In this document: one piece after another, positions 9,924 through 19,528 of the stretch
Position numbering within the stretch: position 1 is the first letter of the stretch
Layout of the letters: the number at the start of each line of letters is the position of its first letter
Source: a virus
IMG/VR virus record: IMGVR_UViG_3300006802_000087
Location: 1-64,000 of that record
Strand: one strand, 5' to 3'
Length of the DNA: 64,000 nucleotides
Notes under the pieces: generated by a model
Told to the model about the DNA's origin: nothing
Databases searched by the model: none
Seen by the model: the letters and a program-made list of their open reading frames with translations, nothing else
Translations under genes and position numbers: made by a program

Positions 9924-10495
9924 AAATTAAGCTTTGTCCAGAAGATAAGAAGCAGCTGTTAGACATTGCAGAAAGCCGCAGAGTGCATTTAGAGGGAAAC
10001 ATTGTTAAGTTAATTGACCCTGAAGACGACAATGATTTTAAAGTATATCTGCAAACATGTCAAGAAAAAGACACAGATAACAGAAAGAAAAGATTGGAAA
10101 TAACGCGCCAAGTTCAAGATCAGAATAAAGAATTAGAAGAAAAGGCAAAAGAAAATGACACTTTAATGATTGATCTTAAAGAAGCACTTAAAGAAGCAGA
10201 AGGAGCAAAAGAAGCTGCTGTTAACGATCTAGACTTGATGCAGAAGAAGACTCAGTTTGAATTAATTGGTAATATAGTTAATGTGGCACTTTGGATAATT
10301 GTTGGAGTTGGTATCATGACAACTATTTTATATATGACTGCGCTATTTACAAAGGGATCTGGCGCTGATACAACACTTATTGGCAATACCTGGTCGAATT
10401 TGCTCGGTATACTACTAACAAACTCTTTTAGTATTATAGGCACCATTATGGGTGTCAAGTACGCTAGTGAAAATAGCAAGAAGGAAGAAAAGTGA
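9920..10495 (+). CDS. Coiled-coil protein with two C-terminal TM helices
   Basis: ATGA overlap with the response regulator; heptad region then two hydrophobic helices. Confidence 0.7.
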   Translation: MKIKLCPEDKKQLLDIAESRRVHLEGNIVKLIDPEDDNDFKVYLQTCQEKDTDNRKKRLEITRQVQDQNKELEEKAKENDTLMIDLKEALKEAEGAKEAAVNDLDLMQKKTQFELIGNIVNVALWIIVGVGIMTTILYMTALFTKGSGADTTLIGNTWSNLLGILLTNSFSIIGTIMGVKYASENSKKEEK

Positions 10496-12207
10496 AAATT
10501 ACAAAAAGACAATTATCACTATTAATTGAACAGTATCTTTTAAATGAAGCTGTACATGACAAGGTTGCAGCACAATTACGTATCACAGATCCAGACAAGA
10601 TAGAGCAGCTAAGAATTGCTTCTGAAATACCACACCGGCTTCAGAAACCTGAGCTTATATGGATAGGTAATTACTTTATATCCCCTGCAGGTATACAGTC
10701 AAAAGAGAAAATAGAGGATATTATTGCTTCAATAAAGTCTCTAAAGCAAAATAGAGCAGCGATTGAAAGAAAGGGCGGTTCTGCTAATCTAGAAGACTAT
10801 TCAACTCCAAGAGAAATTGATGTTGCTGTTGCATCGGCACGAGGTTATGCACATGAAACTCAATTAAATGATCAAGCAAACATAGCATATGAAGATAACA
10901 ACTGGATTCTTTGGGTGCCTCACACAAGAGAAGCTTCCTGCACCATCGGACGCGGAACTAATTGGTGCACATCAATCCCAGGAGCAGGTAATAATCTTTT
11001 TTATAATTATGTAATTGGAGAACGCGCAATACTTTTCTACCTGGTTAAGAAAAATCCGACAGAAGGTGACAGTCCAGAGACGACTCATTTTTCTTTAGGT
11101 ACTGTCGGCGGGAAAATACCTTTTGCTAAAAAAGAAGGTGAAGGTGGAGGTAGTATCGTCGTCGACGGGGCCAATCATGGCTTAACTAGGCAAAGATTTG
11201 AGTCTTTGGTAGGCCAGGATTTAGCAGATCATTTAATAAGTTTGATAGAAAATTATGCTAATAAAGGTTATCAGCACCCAAGTTCATCAAAAATATTTGA
11301 GATGCTAAGAAATCCCGCGTTATATGTCGTTGAGATGCGAGGTAAATCTGTTGATGTAAAGTTTGACTTAACAGCAGTTTTATTAAATACTTATAAAAGA
11401 GCTTTATTTGATTCTGGAAGTGAACTAACAACAGAAGATCGTGAAGCAGTTATAAAAGTCTTTACTGACACGAATGATCCTTTTCATCAAGCTATAGTTA
11501 ATTCAACAGAAATAAAACAAAAAGATATTGACGACTATAAAGATGCTATTGTACAAAAAAATGTCTTAGAGTCACAAAAATTTAGTAAAGTCATTTATGA
11601 TGGTGATCAGATCTTAGATGATACTAGCGAAGTTAAAAATCGTACAGGTAATAATAGTGTCAATACAGAATTCTGCAAAAGATTAACAGAATTAAAAAGC
11701 CAATCACTATCCGCAATATTTAAAAAAGTAGAAGATTTATCAGACGAAACAGCCAATTTATGGGATCATACTGCTATGTCAGACCTAGGTGATGGATATG
11801 TCGGGTATGCCGGAGATCTTGAAATAACAGACGTTCTTAAATATGTGTTAGAGAATGAGACAGTGGAGATACAGAACTTAGACGATAGCGTTGCAGGTGC
11901 CCTTATTGAAATATTGTTAGCATACCATGCTGATTTATTGTTTCTTCGAGGATACGGATTGATTAAAGATCCGTACTATAATGAAGGAGGATGGCATACT
12001 AATGATCATGATGCAGATGTTCAGACAATTGAAGAATTTATGAATACTGATAGGGAAAAAATGATGTGGGTCGACAGCAGTCATTGGGGATATTATCCCG
12101 GGCAGTTTTTTACAGAAGGCGAAATTAGGAGTTATTTGAGTAATAATTATAGTCAGGATGTTATTGCATACCTCAACGCGAATGTTCTAGAATTTGCACC
12201 TGCGTAA
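10492..12207 (+). CDS. Tagged virion-associated protein with GxGTxWCT domain
   Basis: MKITKRQLSLLIEQYLLNE leader; REASCTIGRGTNWCT. Confidence 0.75.
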   Translation: MKITKRQLSLLIEQYLLNEAVHDKVAAQLRITDPDKIEQLRIASEIPHRLQKPELIWIGNYFISPAGIQSKEKIEDIIASIKSLKQNRAAIERKGGSANLEDYSTPREIDVAVASARGYAHETQLNDQANIAYEDNNWILWVPHTREASCTIGRGTNWCTSIPGAGNNLFYNYVIGERAILFYLVKKNPTEGDSPETTHFSLGTVGGKIPFAKKEGEGGGSIVVDGANHGLTRQRFESLVGQDLADHLISLIENYANKGYQHPSSSKIFEMLRNPALYVVEMRGKSVDVKFDLTAVLLNTYKRALFDSGSELTTEDREAVIKVFTDTNDPFHQAIVNSTEIKQKDIDDYKDAIVQKNVLESQKFSKVIYDGDQILDDTSEVKNRTGNNSVNTEFCKRLTELKSQSLSAIFKKVEDLSDETANLWDHTAMSDLGDGYVGYAGDLEITDVLKYVLENETVEIQNLDDSVAGALIEILLAYHADLLFLRGYGLIKDPYYNEGGWHTNDHDADVQTIEEFMNTDREKMMWVDSSHWGYYPGQFFTEGEIRSYLSNNYSQDVIAYLNANVLEFAPA

Positions 12208-12218
12208 TAGGAAGATAA

Positions 12219-13946
12219 ATGAGAATAACAAAAAGACAACTAAACTTACTAATCGAACAATACCTTTTAAACGAAGCAGTGCATGATAAAGTTGCTAACC
12301 AACTAGGTATAACAGATCCTGAAAGAATAGAGCAATTGAGAATTGCTTCTGAAAAACCACACAGTTTGCAAAAGCCTGAATTGTTATGGATAGGCAAGTA
12401 TTTTACTACCTCTGAAGGTATGCAAACAAAAGAGCCGATAGAAGATATTGTGGGATCAATTAAGTCTCTAAAACAAAATAAGTCAGCTTTGATAAGGAGG
12501 GGAAGTGCCACTAATTTATCAGATTACGAATCACCAGGTCAGATTAATATTGCTGTTTCCTTATCCCGTGGATTTGTAGATATCAGTCAACTAAGTGAAC
12601 AGGTCGACGTTCTATATGAAGATGAAGATTGGACACTTTATATGCCACACTCAAGGGAAGCTTCCTGCACTATTGGGAGAGGTACCTCATGGTGCACTGC
12701 AATACCGGGGCCTGGTAATAATCTTTTTTATAACTACGTAATCGGCGGACGAGCGATACTTTACTACTTAGTCAAGAAGAAAAAAGAAGAAAATGAAGGC
12801 CCAGCAACAACTCATTTTTCACTAGGTACAATAGGGGGAATAATTCCATTTCCGAAAGAAGGGGAAGGGAGCGGTCACATTGTTGTTGATGGTAGCAATA
12901 TCGGTCTATCCAAGGCAAGATTCTTAAGTTCTGTAGGAGAGCAACTAGGCAATCAGCTGATATCAGTAATAGAGCAACATTCAAAGCAAAACAGGAACAA
13001 TCATCCAGCAAAAAACAAAGTAATGGAGATGTTAAAAAATCCTGCTTTGTATGGGGTAGAAATAAGAGGCAAGTCTATAGATGCAAGATACGATTTTACT
13101 GGAATGTTAACTAGTACGTACAGAAACATGATGGAATCGAATAAAGTAACAAAAGAGGAAGATAATTTAATAGCTGATGTATTTACTAATCCGGATAATG
13201 ATTTTCATAAATTAATTGCTGCTGCAACTGAAATCAAACAAAAAGATATCAATGCCTATGAAACAGCTGTAAAATCAAAAGATACAGCACAGATGCAAAA
13301 ATACGGCAAAATATTTGCAGACGGTGCAACTATTAAAGAAGCTGAGTATGCAATTAGAAGCATAGCCGAAGACCCGTCTTTAGATGAATCAGGAACGAGT
13401 GGTTATAGATTCTGTAAGAATTTAGATAAATTATCCGGATCGATTCCTTACTATTATTATCAAATGGTTGAAAGAATGGCAAATGACACAGCAATTGCAT
13501 GGCAGTCCAAGACACCTGATGAGGATTATGTAATAGAGACTGATTTAGAAGTTACGCCTAGTATCAGATATTATATTGAAGAGGATCCGTCTATTAATGG
13601 TATAGAAAGCATGTTAAATAAATATTTTGATGAATTTATAGAAATGCTAGGGGTTTATCACGCAAATATACTAATAGGCCAAGGATACTGTGTTGTTCAT
13701 GATCCGGAAGAACATAATAATACAGGTCAGTTACATCACGAAAACGCTGGACTGCCGGTTGCATATATCGAAGACTTTATAGAAGCAACAAGTGATGATG
13801 ATTATGCGTTGTGGTGGACCAATGATCAATACCCAGAATATCGATATGAACCCTTTACAAGTAGTGAAATACAAAACTATATGCGAGGTAACTTTTCTCT
13901 AGAGTTTGTTGATTGGTGCTCCATGCGTGGATTTACTTTTACATAG
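12219..13946 (+). CDS. Tandem paralog of 10492..12207
   Basis: MRITKRQLNLLIEQYLLNEAVHDKVA; REASCTIGRGTSWCT. Confidence 0.78.
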   Translation: MRITKRQLNLLIEQYLLNEAVHDKVANQLGITDPERIEQLRIASEKPHSLQKPELLWIGKYFTTSEGMQTKEPIEDIVGSIKSLKQNKSALIRRGSATNLSDYESPGQINIAVSLSRGFVDISQLSEQVDVLYEDEDWTLYMPHSREASCTIGRGTSWCTAIPGPGNNLFYNYVIGGRAILYYLVKKKKEENEGPATTHFSLGTIGGIIPFPKEGEGSGHIVVDGSNIGLSKARFLSSVGEQLGNQLISVIEQHSKQNRNNHPAKNKVMEMLKNPALYGVEIRGKSIDARYDFTGMLTSTYRNMMESNKVTKEEDNLIADVFTNPDNDFHKLIAAATEIKQKDINAYETAVKSKDTAQMQKYGKIFADGATIKEAEYAIRSIAEDPSLDESGTSGYRFCKNLDKLSGSIPYYYYQMVERMANDTAIAWQSKTPDEDYVIETDLEVTPSIRYYIEEDPSINGIESMLNKYFDEFIEMLGVYHANILIGQGYCVVHDPEEHNNTGQLHHENAGLPVAYIEDFIEATSDDDYALWWTNDQYPEYRYEPFTSSEIQNYMRGNFSLEFVDWCSMRGFTFT

Positions 13947-13966
13947 GGTAAATAGTCTGTTTTTAA

Positions 13967-13994
13967 TGTAATATCAATTAAAACTATATATAAT
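13967..13994 (+). promoter_or_regulatory. TGTAAT-N16-TATAAT promoter of tmRNA
   Basis: Motif ends 10 nt before the tmRNA 5' end. Confidence 0.7.
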
Positions 13995-14004
13995 AAAACT
14001 ATAC

Positions 14005-14392
14005 GGGCCCGTAATGGCTTCGACGGAATAGAATCAAGGGGAGAATGCAAGCAGGGAAGATACGCCCTTAACAGTTCAAATTTTATAGTTGCAAATAATA
14101 ACGCACACTTCGATTCAGTAGCAGTAGCTGCTTAATTGACGCCGGTATCTCTTCCGGTGCAAAACAAGAGGTTAGTCAGATGGGTGAGACGAAAAATTAT
14201 AAGGGAGTCTAGCGGACTTTGCCGACACCTAAAATGGTTATCCACGTGGTATGTGGTGGAACTCAAGGTTACCTAGAGTTGGTGGAAAGAGGTGGCTATC
14301 CTTGTTATCAGGAGAAAAACGATAACTAAGCTTGTGAACGACTCAAACTAAGACTATTGCGGACGCGGGTTCGACTCCCGCCGGGTCCACCA
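14005..14392 (+). ncRNA. ssrA: tmRNA
   Basis: 5' GGGCCCG..TTCGAC; 3' T-arm GGTTCGACTCC and CGGGTCC-ACCA; G3:U70 pair; tag ORF 14091-14135 ANNNAHFDSVAVAA*. Confidence 0.96.
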
Positions 14393-14446
14393 TTTTTTTG
14401 ATTTTTCATCATGATCTGTATAATTATAGATAAAAATGAGGTCATA

Positions 14447-15289
14447 ATGAAAATAACAAGAAGTCAATTAAGACGATTAATAGAAGGAATGATCGGATAT
14501 CCGGACAAGCCTCCTGTAAATGCAAAAAAACACCTGTCGAGCGACCAGTTTGGCCCTAAGTTAGGCGGCATGCTAAGATCAGATGACCCTGCTTTTCGTA
14601 ATCAAGGTATTAATTTAGGTGCAATCCTAGGTGATGACGTACTAGATGTTTTAGACAACATGCCAACATCTCAAATCGACTCTTTTATTGACAGTGGTGA
14701 AGGTTCCTTGGACAAAAAAGAAGCGCTATTTCAGTCAGTTTTAGAAAATGCAGAATCATTGTCACCATGGAGAGGCAAACAAGTCTCTTCATATTTAGTA
14801 ATAGGATATGGAGATGAGTTTGACTTATTAATTGACGGTGATATTCTCACAGACATTTATGAAACTATAGCTGATGGTCGAGATGCTGAGGCTAAACAAA
14901 TTGCATACGACTATTTAAATACAGAATTTTTAAATTCAAATCAAAAAATTGCAAATTGGTATAATAGTAATGTTGCCAGTGATCAAAATTTTCAAGGTTA
15001 CTCTTCTTTTGCAGACTTTTACTTTAATCAAAAATTTGACGATATTCACATTTATGGAATATTACCATATGAATTTGATGTAGCTGGGTGGAATCGATAT
15101 ACTGCAGATAAAACTTTTAGAATTTATAAGAAAGGATTACCAAGTATTACTCGTTCAACCGGTCCTGAAACTCGTAGACAAGTATATATACTTGCTAAAG
15201 CATTTGGTTTCCCATCACAAGGATTTGGTAGCCACCCCGTTGATTTTTATTTTTATGATCAGGAAAAAGGCGAAATTGTGATTGGATGA
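14447..15289 (+). CDS. Tagged hypothetical (probable virion) protein
   Basis: MKITRSQLRRLIE after GAGG RBS. Confidence 0.75.
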   Translation: MKITRSQLRRLIEGMIGYPDKPPVNAKKHLSSDQFGPKLGGMLRSDDPAFRNQGINLGAILGDDVLDVLDNMPTSQIDSFIDSGEGSLDKKEALFQSVLENAESLSPWRGKQVSSYLVIGYGDEFDLLIDGDILTDIYETIADGRDAEAKQIAYDYLNTEFLNSNQKIANWYNSNVASDQNFQGYSSFADFYFNQKFDDIHIYGILPYEFDVAGWNRYTADKTFRIYKKGLPSITRSTGPETRRQVYILAKAFGFPSQGFGSHPVDFYFYDQEKGEIVIG

Positions 15290-15390
15290 TATCATTGTTA
15301 TTTATTATATTTTAATTTTTACTAAATTCTAAAGATAATTACTAATATCGTATTAAAAAATAAACAGTTTGTAGCGGGGTTAGATCATAT

Positions 15391-15834
15391 ATGAAACTTA
15401 CAAAAAGAAAACTTAGAAAAATATTACTCAAGGAAATGGACCTCATGGGAATGGGAATTGACATGGGACAAGTAATGCAAGCTGTACAAGGATTACTTGC
15501 AGCTGGATTATCTTTGGGTGCTGTTATGGTAGCACTCTTATCAATGTTGGGACCGGTCATGTTTAATGGATTTATTGATGGTTATTACAGAGGCTTATTT
15601 TCAGAAAATGAATTTAAGCGATTTGTAGAATTGCAAAAAACTGATCCTGAAGCAGCAAAGAGATATGCCGATCGTATTATTACTACGAAAGGATATAGTG
15701 CACCATCTGAATCAGAATATGGTCAGCCTGTTCATCTAGCAACAGGTGAAGTCGATGCTAGACATGCACGTGACTATACTGCACAGCATGGTGATATCGA
15801 TTTTGACCCATATGACGATGATCTAGATTATTAA
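15391..15834 (+). CDS. Tagged protein with hydrophobic segment
   Basis: MKLTKRKLRKILLKE; LLAAGLSLGAVMVALLSML. Confidence 0.7.
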   Translation: MKLTKRKLRKILLKEMDLMGMGIDMGQVMQAVQGLLAAGLSLGAVMVALLSMLGPVMFNGFIDGYYRGLFSENEFKRFVELQKTDPEAAKRYADRIITTKGYSAPSESEYGQPVHLATGEVDARHARDYTAQHGDIDFDPYDDDLDY

Positions 15835-15890
15835 ATTTTAATTAATCAATTTACACAAGATAATTAAGGCATGAGGAAGGAGAGTTCTTT

Positions 15891-16466
15891 ATGTCTTTTT
15901 TATTGTCTGAAGGTTTGAGTTATCACATTGATAAGTCTTTACCGATTAGAGAGAGTGTATATCGTCCGGGCTCTGAGATGTTTTTTCATTTTATCTCTGA
16001 AGCGAAAAGATGTTACCGCCAAGGACTGTTTGAGGTTGATGCATATGATCATGACCTGTTAATGTCAGACATAGGAGAATACGGTCTGTGGGAAGGTAAT
16101 GTCGTCCCCTTAGATTATCCTATTCCTGCTGAGTTAGATACTCTAAATGAATCTGAGGAATTCGTGCCTAACTTAAATGATGCTGAATACAAAGGTAAAA
16201 AAGTAAAACTTAATAAGCCTCAGCGAGGTGGTTCAAAAAAGTTTTATGTCTATGTCAAGAATCCTAAGACAGGTAAGATTAAAAAAGTATCTTTTGGCGC
16301 AAAAGGCATGTCAGTCGGTCTCAAAGATCCCAAGCGTAGAAAATCATTTGCAGCTCGTCATAAGTGTAGTGAAAAGAAAGATAAGACTAAGGCAGGTTAT
16401 TGGGCGTGTCGAATTGGTAGATACCCGCATCTTTTTGGCGGAAAAACAAAATATACATGGTGGTAA
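15891..16466 (+). CDS. Conserved large-phage protein (acidic N-half, basic C-domain)
   Basis: AEYKGKKVKLNKP, KKVSFG, RKSFAARHKC, AGYWAC. Confidence 0.7.
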   Translation: MSFLLSEGLSYHIDKSLPIRESVYRPGSEMFFHFISEAKRCYRQGLFEVDAYDHDLLMSDIGEYGLWEGNVVPLDYPIPAELDTLNESEEFVPNLNDAEYKGKKVKLNKPQRGGSKKFYVYVKNPKTGKIKKVSFGAKGMSVGLKDPKRRKSFAARHKCSEKKDKTKAGYWACRIGRYPHLFGGKTKYTWW

Positions 16467-16469
16467 GAT

Positions 16470-16886
16470 ATGGCACTAAATCATCAAGTACTTCGTGGGT
16501 TAGGTTATGTTCCTTCATATCAAGCATCTGCTGTACCTTTTTTGACTAGCTCTTTAACAATCCCCGTATCAACATCTGAACCGATTGTGATTAATTTTAA
16601 TACTGTCACAAGATTTATTACAGTTACGAATACAAACGCTATTGATGATCCAAATTATCCATTGCGTTTTGGATTTTCTAGAAATGGTATCAAAGGTGTA
16701 GAAAACAATAATTATATTGTTTTAAACAATGGCGACTCATTTGAAGGAGCGTTTAAAGTTACTAGTATTTTTTTATTAAGTGACTCTTCTGTTTATTCAT
16801 CGTCGGGTTCTATAGTTGCAGGATTGACTGATATACAGTCTTCACATTTAAGCCACAATTGGTCAGGTTCAATAGGGGTGGGATAA
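16470..16886 (+). CDS. Putative virion protein, paralog of 3964..4302
   Basis: GLGYVPSYQASAVPF; C-terminal AGLTDI. Confidence 0.6.
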   Translation: MALNHQVLRGLGYVPSYQASAVPFLTSSLTIPVSTSEPIVINFNTVTRFITVTNTNAIDDPNYPLRFGFSRNGIKGVENNNYIVLNNGDSFEGAFKVTSIFLLSDSSVYSSSGSIVAGLTDIQSSHLSHNWSGSIGVG

Positions 16887-16887
16887 T

Positions 16888-18423
16888 ATGGGATTTACTA
16901 ACTTACATGGAAAACAAGGAAAATCAACAAATAATCCTACAATTGGTTTTGGTGGCGTAGAAGTAAGTCAGCTGGTGCCGGTTGCACAAGGAGACTTCAT
17001 ATACGGAATACAGACGCCTCAAACTTTTGTAACTGCATCTTTTGTAGGCTCTTCTGTTACAGCTGCAAATGGCATGGCAGTATTAAATTGTGGCACTGAT
17101 GTATCCGGCTCTGCGGTATTAAATTTAAGAAGAGGTATCAAATATAGGCCCGGCCAGGGTTCAATTATGAGAGCTACAGCTCTTTTTGATACACCGGTAG
17201 AAGATAATCTGCAATTGATCGGTCTAGCAAACAACGAAACCGGTTACTCATTTGGTTATCAAGGAACAGACTTTGGGATACTCCACAGAGAAACAGGTCA
17301 GCTAGAAATAAGAAAGCTAACCATAACTGCCGGTGCAACAAATGGGGAGACAGTTACGGTTACTTTAGACGGTGACGCATTTACTTTTGATATTGATATT
17401 GAAGGGACTACTTCAACTACACAAACAGCTTATAAGTTGTCTTTGGAAGATTATACTCAGCTAGGAGAGACGGGATTTCTGGTTGATGTTGTGGGTGCTG
17501 ATGTGTATTTTATTTCTGGTAGGTGTAATCCTGATTTGACTGGAACGTATTCTATTTCAGGAACCGGTACCATCGCCGGAACTTTTACACGTGTATTAGC
17601 AGGTGCTAATCATGAAGAAACGTTTATTCCGACTGGTTCTTTTAATATTGATAAACTAGACGGTACCGGTCCGTCAGGGATGATCATAAATCCTCAAAGA
17701 GGAAATGTATATGAAATTGACTTTCAGTATCTCGGTTTTGGCAACGCAAGATTCGCCGTTGAAGATCCCAATACAGGAAGATTTACTAATTGTCATATGA
17801 TTAAAAACGCAAATAATCGTATAACTCCGGTCCTTAAAAATCCTAATGTTCAAATTAGATTAGAATCTTCAAATAGCGGAAACACTAGTGATGTGTCAGT
17901 CAAGTCTGCATCTATGTCAGGTTTTATTTCTGGAGAGATAATAAAATTAGATCCAAAATTTGCTCAAAGTTTTGCTTTTACGAATCTTAATAAATTAACC
18001 TATCACCCGCTAGCAATGATTAAAACAAATAGAATTCATAAAAATCAATCTTGTTTTGGAGAGTTTGATATATTAAGGTTGGCAGGTTCAAATGAAGTAA
18101 GTTCGAAAACTTTAATTATTGGATTCTTTTTGGGTGCAGAAATAACAGGAAATGTTAACTACCAATTTGTTAACGATGAAAATAGTATTGTTTCAATAGC
18201 AACTTTAGACCCAACAACAAACTCACCTCCGAATACAATTAGTAATTTAAGTGATATTGTTCCTTTCCATGAAATTGTTGTAGGTCCTTTGGCGGGTGTA
18301 TCTGAAGATTTGGACAAACTTGAATTTATATTTCCTCCTGGTGTTCCGCTTTTAATTGCTGTTAAAGCTACAAATACTGGTGTTAATGGCTCAGTTTCTA
18401 TTAACTGGTTTGAACAGCAATAA
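16888..18423 (+). CDS. Putative structural protein (beta-rich)
   Basis: 511 aa; KYRPGQG, FNIDKLDGTGPSG, IDFQYLGFG. Confidence 0.6.
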   Translation: MGFTNLHGKQGKSTNNPTIGFGGVEVSQLVPVAQGDFIYGIQTPQTFVTASFVGSSVTAANGMAVLNCGTDVSGSAVLNLRRGIKYRPGQGSIMRATALFDTPVEDNLQLIGLANNETGYSFGYQGTDFGILHRETGQLEIRKLTITAGATNGETVTVTLDGDAFTFDIDIEGTTSTTQTAYKLSLEDYTQLGETGFLVDVVGADVYFISGRCNPDLTGTYSISGTGTIAGTFTRVLAGANHEETFIPTGSFNIDKLDGTGPSGMIINPQRGNVYEIDFQYLGFGNARFAVEDPNTGRFTNCHMIKNANNRITPVLKNPNVQIRLESSNSGNTSDVSVKSASMSGFISGEIIKLDPKFAQSFAFTNLNKLTYHPLAMIKTNRIHKNQSCFGEFDILRLAGSNEVSSKTLIIGFFLGAEITGNVNYQFVNDENSIVSIATLDPTTNSPPNTISNLSDIVPFHEIVVGPLAGVSEDLDKLEFIFPPGVPLLIAVKATNTGVNGSVSINWFEQQ

Positions 18424-18430
18424 AGAAGTT

Positions 18431-18805
18431 ATGATGATGCGTCGAAAAAGAAAAAAGAAAAAGTTATGGAGTAAACAGTCTCTTTACGAAAGAAAAGACG
18501 GAAGTAAAGTTCTCATGGACAGCACGTGGGAAGTTGCAATGGCTAAAAGGTTAGATCATCTTAAAATAGTGTGGGAAAGACGAGAAGATATGAAGCTACC
18601 CTATCTGTCAAAGACAGGACGAAAAAGAAACTATATTCCTGATTTTTACCTACCTGATCATGATATATATATTGAGGTGAAAGGTTACTGGACAGATGCT
18701 GCAAGGTATAAAATGAACGCTGTTCAAGATGCAAACCTAGTAAAAATTGTTATACTGGAATCATTAGAAGCAGTTAACAAATTTACAAGATGGAAGTTAA
18801 AATGA
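18431..18805 (+). CDS. PD-(D/E)xK (TnsA-N-like) endonuclease
   Basis: DSTWE...YIPDFYLPDHDIYIEVKG. Confidence 0.82.
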   Translation: MMMRRKRKKKKLWSKQSLYERKDGSKVLMDSTWEVAMAKRLDHLKIVWERREDMKLPYLSKTGRKRNYIPDFYLPDHDIYIEVKGYWTDAARYKMNAVQDANLVKIVILESLEAVNKFTRWKLK

Positions 18806-19521
18806 AAATAACAAGAAGACAATTAAGACGATTAATAAACGAAGTCCGAATAAAACCAAGCATTCCTAATATACCTAGTGATGATGCCTTAGGTAAGGTT
18901 GATGACTTGGCGCGACAGGAAGAATTTCAACCTAGCGCTGATTCTTTAGCAGGTGCTTTTGGATATCCTGAAGATCGTAGTTATTCGGCCGATTTAAAAG
19001 GTTACGATAATCTTGAAGCAGAGATGGGTCGATATAAAATTGAAAAATATCTACCCGGATTCCTTAATTTACCCGAGGATGTAATTGAAGTAGTAGCGGA
19101 ATTTGTGTTCTTGTCTGAAGTTCCCGTATTACATATACAACTTGATGAAGACATGGTTGAGCATGAATTAGGTGAAGACACTTATCATAGAGGCACACAC
19201 TTTCAAGAAGTGCAAAAGCCGGAAAATGCTGAAATAGTCGCGATGACTAATGATTTTCGCGAGAACCCTAAAGCTCATGATGTTAAGTTTTATTATATCT
19301 ATGCAGCTCATGGCTCTTACAATGGATCAGATCCGTTTGCAAGAATAGACCCGCATGGAATGGGCGACGCTCAAACAGGTTTTCATGATGGTTTCAGAGA
19401 AGAATATCAAAAAGTTACTACAAACCGCGCGCATAGAATTTCAAGTTTAGCAGTAGAGGAATCGTTTATTGAAATGATGAGAGCCTTGAGGCCTGATCAC
19501 GAAGAAGAAGTAATTAATTGA
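18802..19521 (+). CDS. Tagged hypothetical protein
   Basis: MKITRRQLRRLINE. Confidence 0.75.
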   Translation: MKITRRQLRRLINEVRIKPSIPNIPSDDALGKVDDLARQEEFQPSADSLAGAFGYPEDRSYSADLKGYDNLEAEMGRYKIEKYLPGFLNLPEDVIEVVAEFVFLSEVPVLHIQLDEDMVEHELGEDTYHRGTHFQEVQKPENAEIVAMTNDFRENPKAHDVKFYYIYAAHGSYNGSDPFARIDPHGMGDAQTGFHDGFREEYQKVTTNRAHRISSLAVEESFIEMMRALRPDHEEEVIN

Positions 19522-19528
19522 GGTGAAC

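Noticed and set aside
18431-18805. Tn7-like transposon
   Set aside because: Isolated TnsA-like nuclease with no tnsB/C or terminal repeats; more likely a free-standing phage endonuclease.
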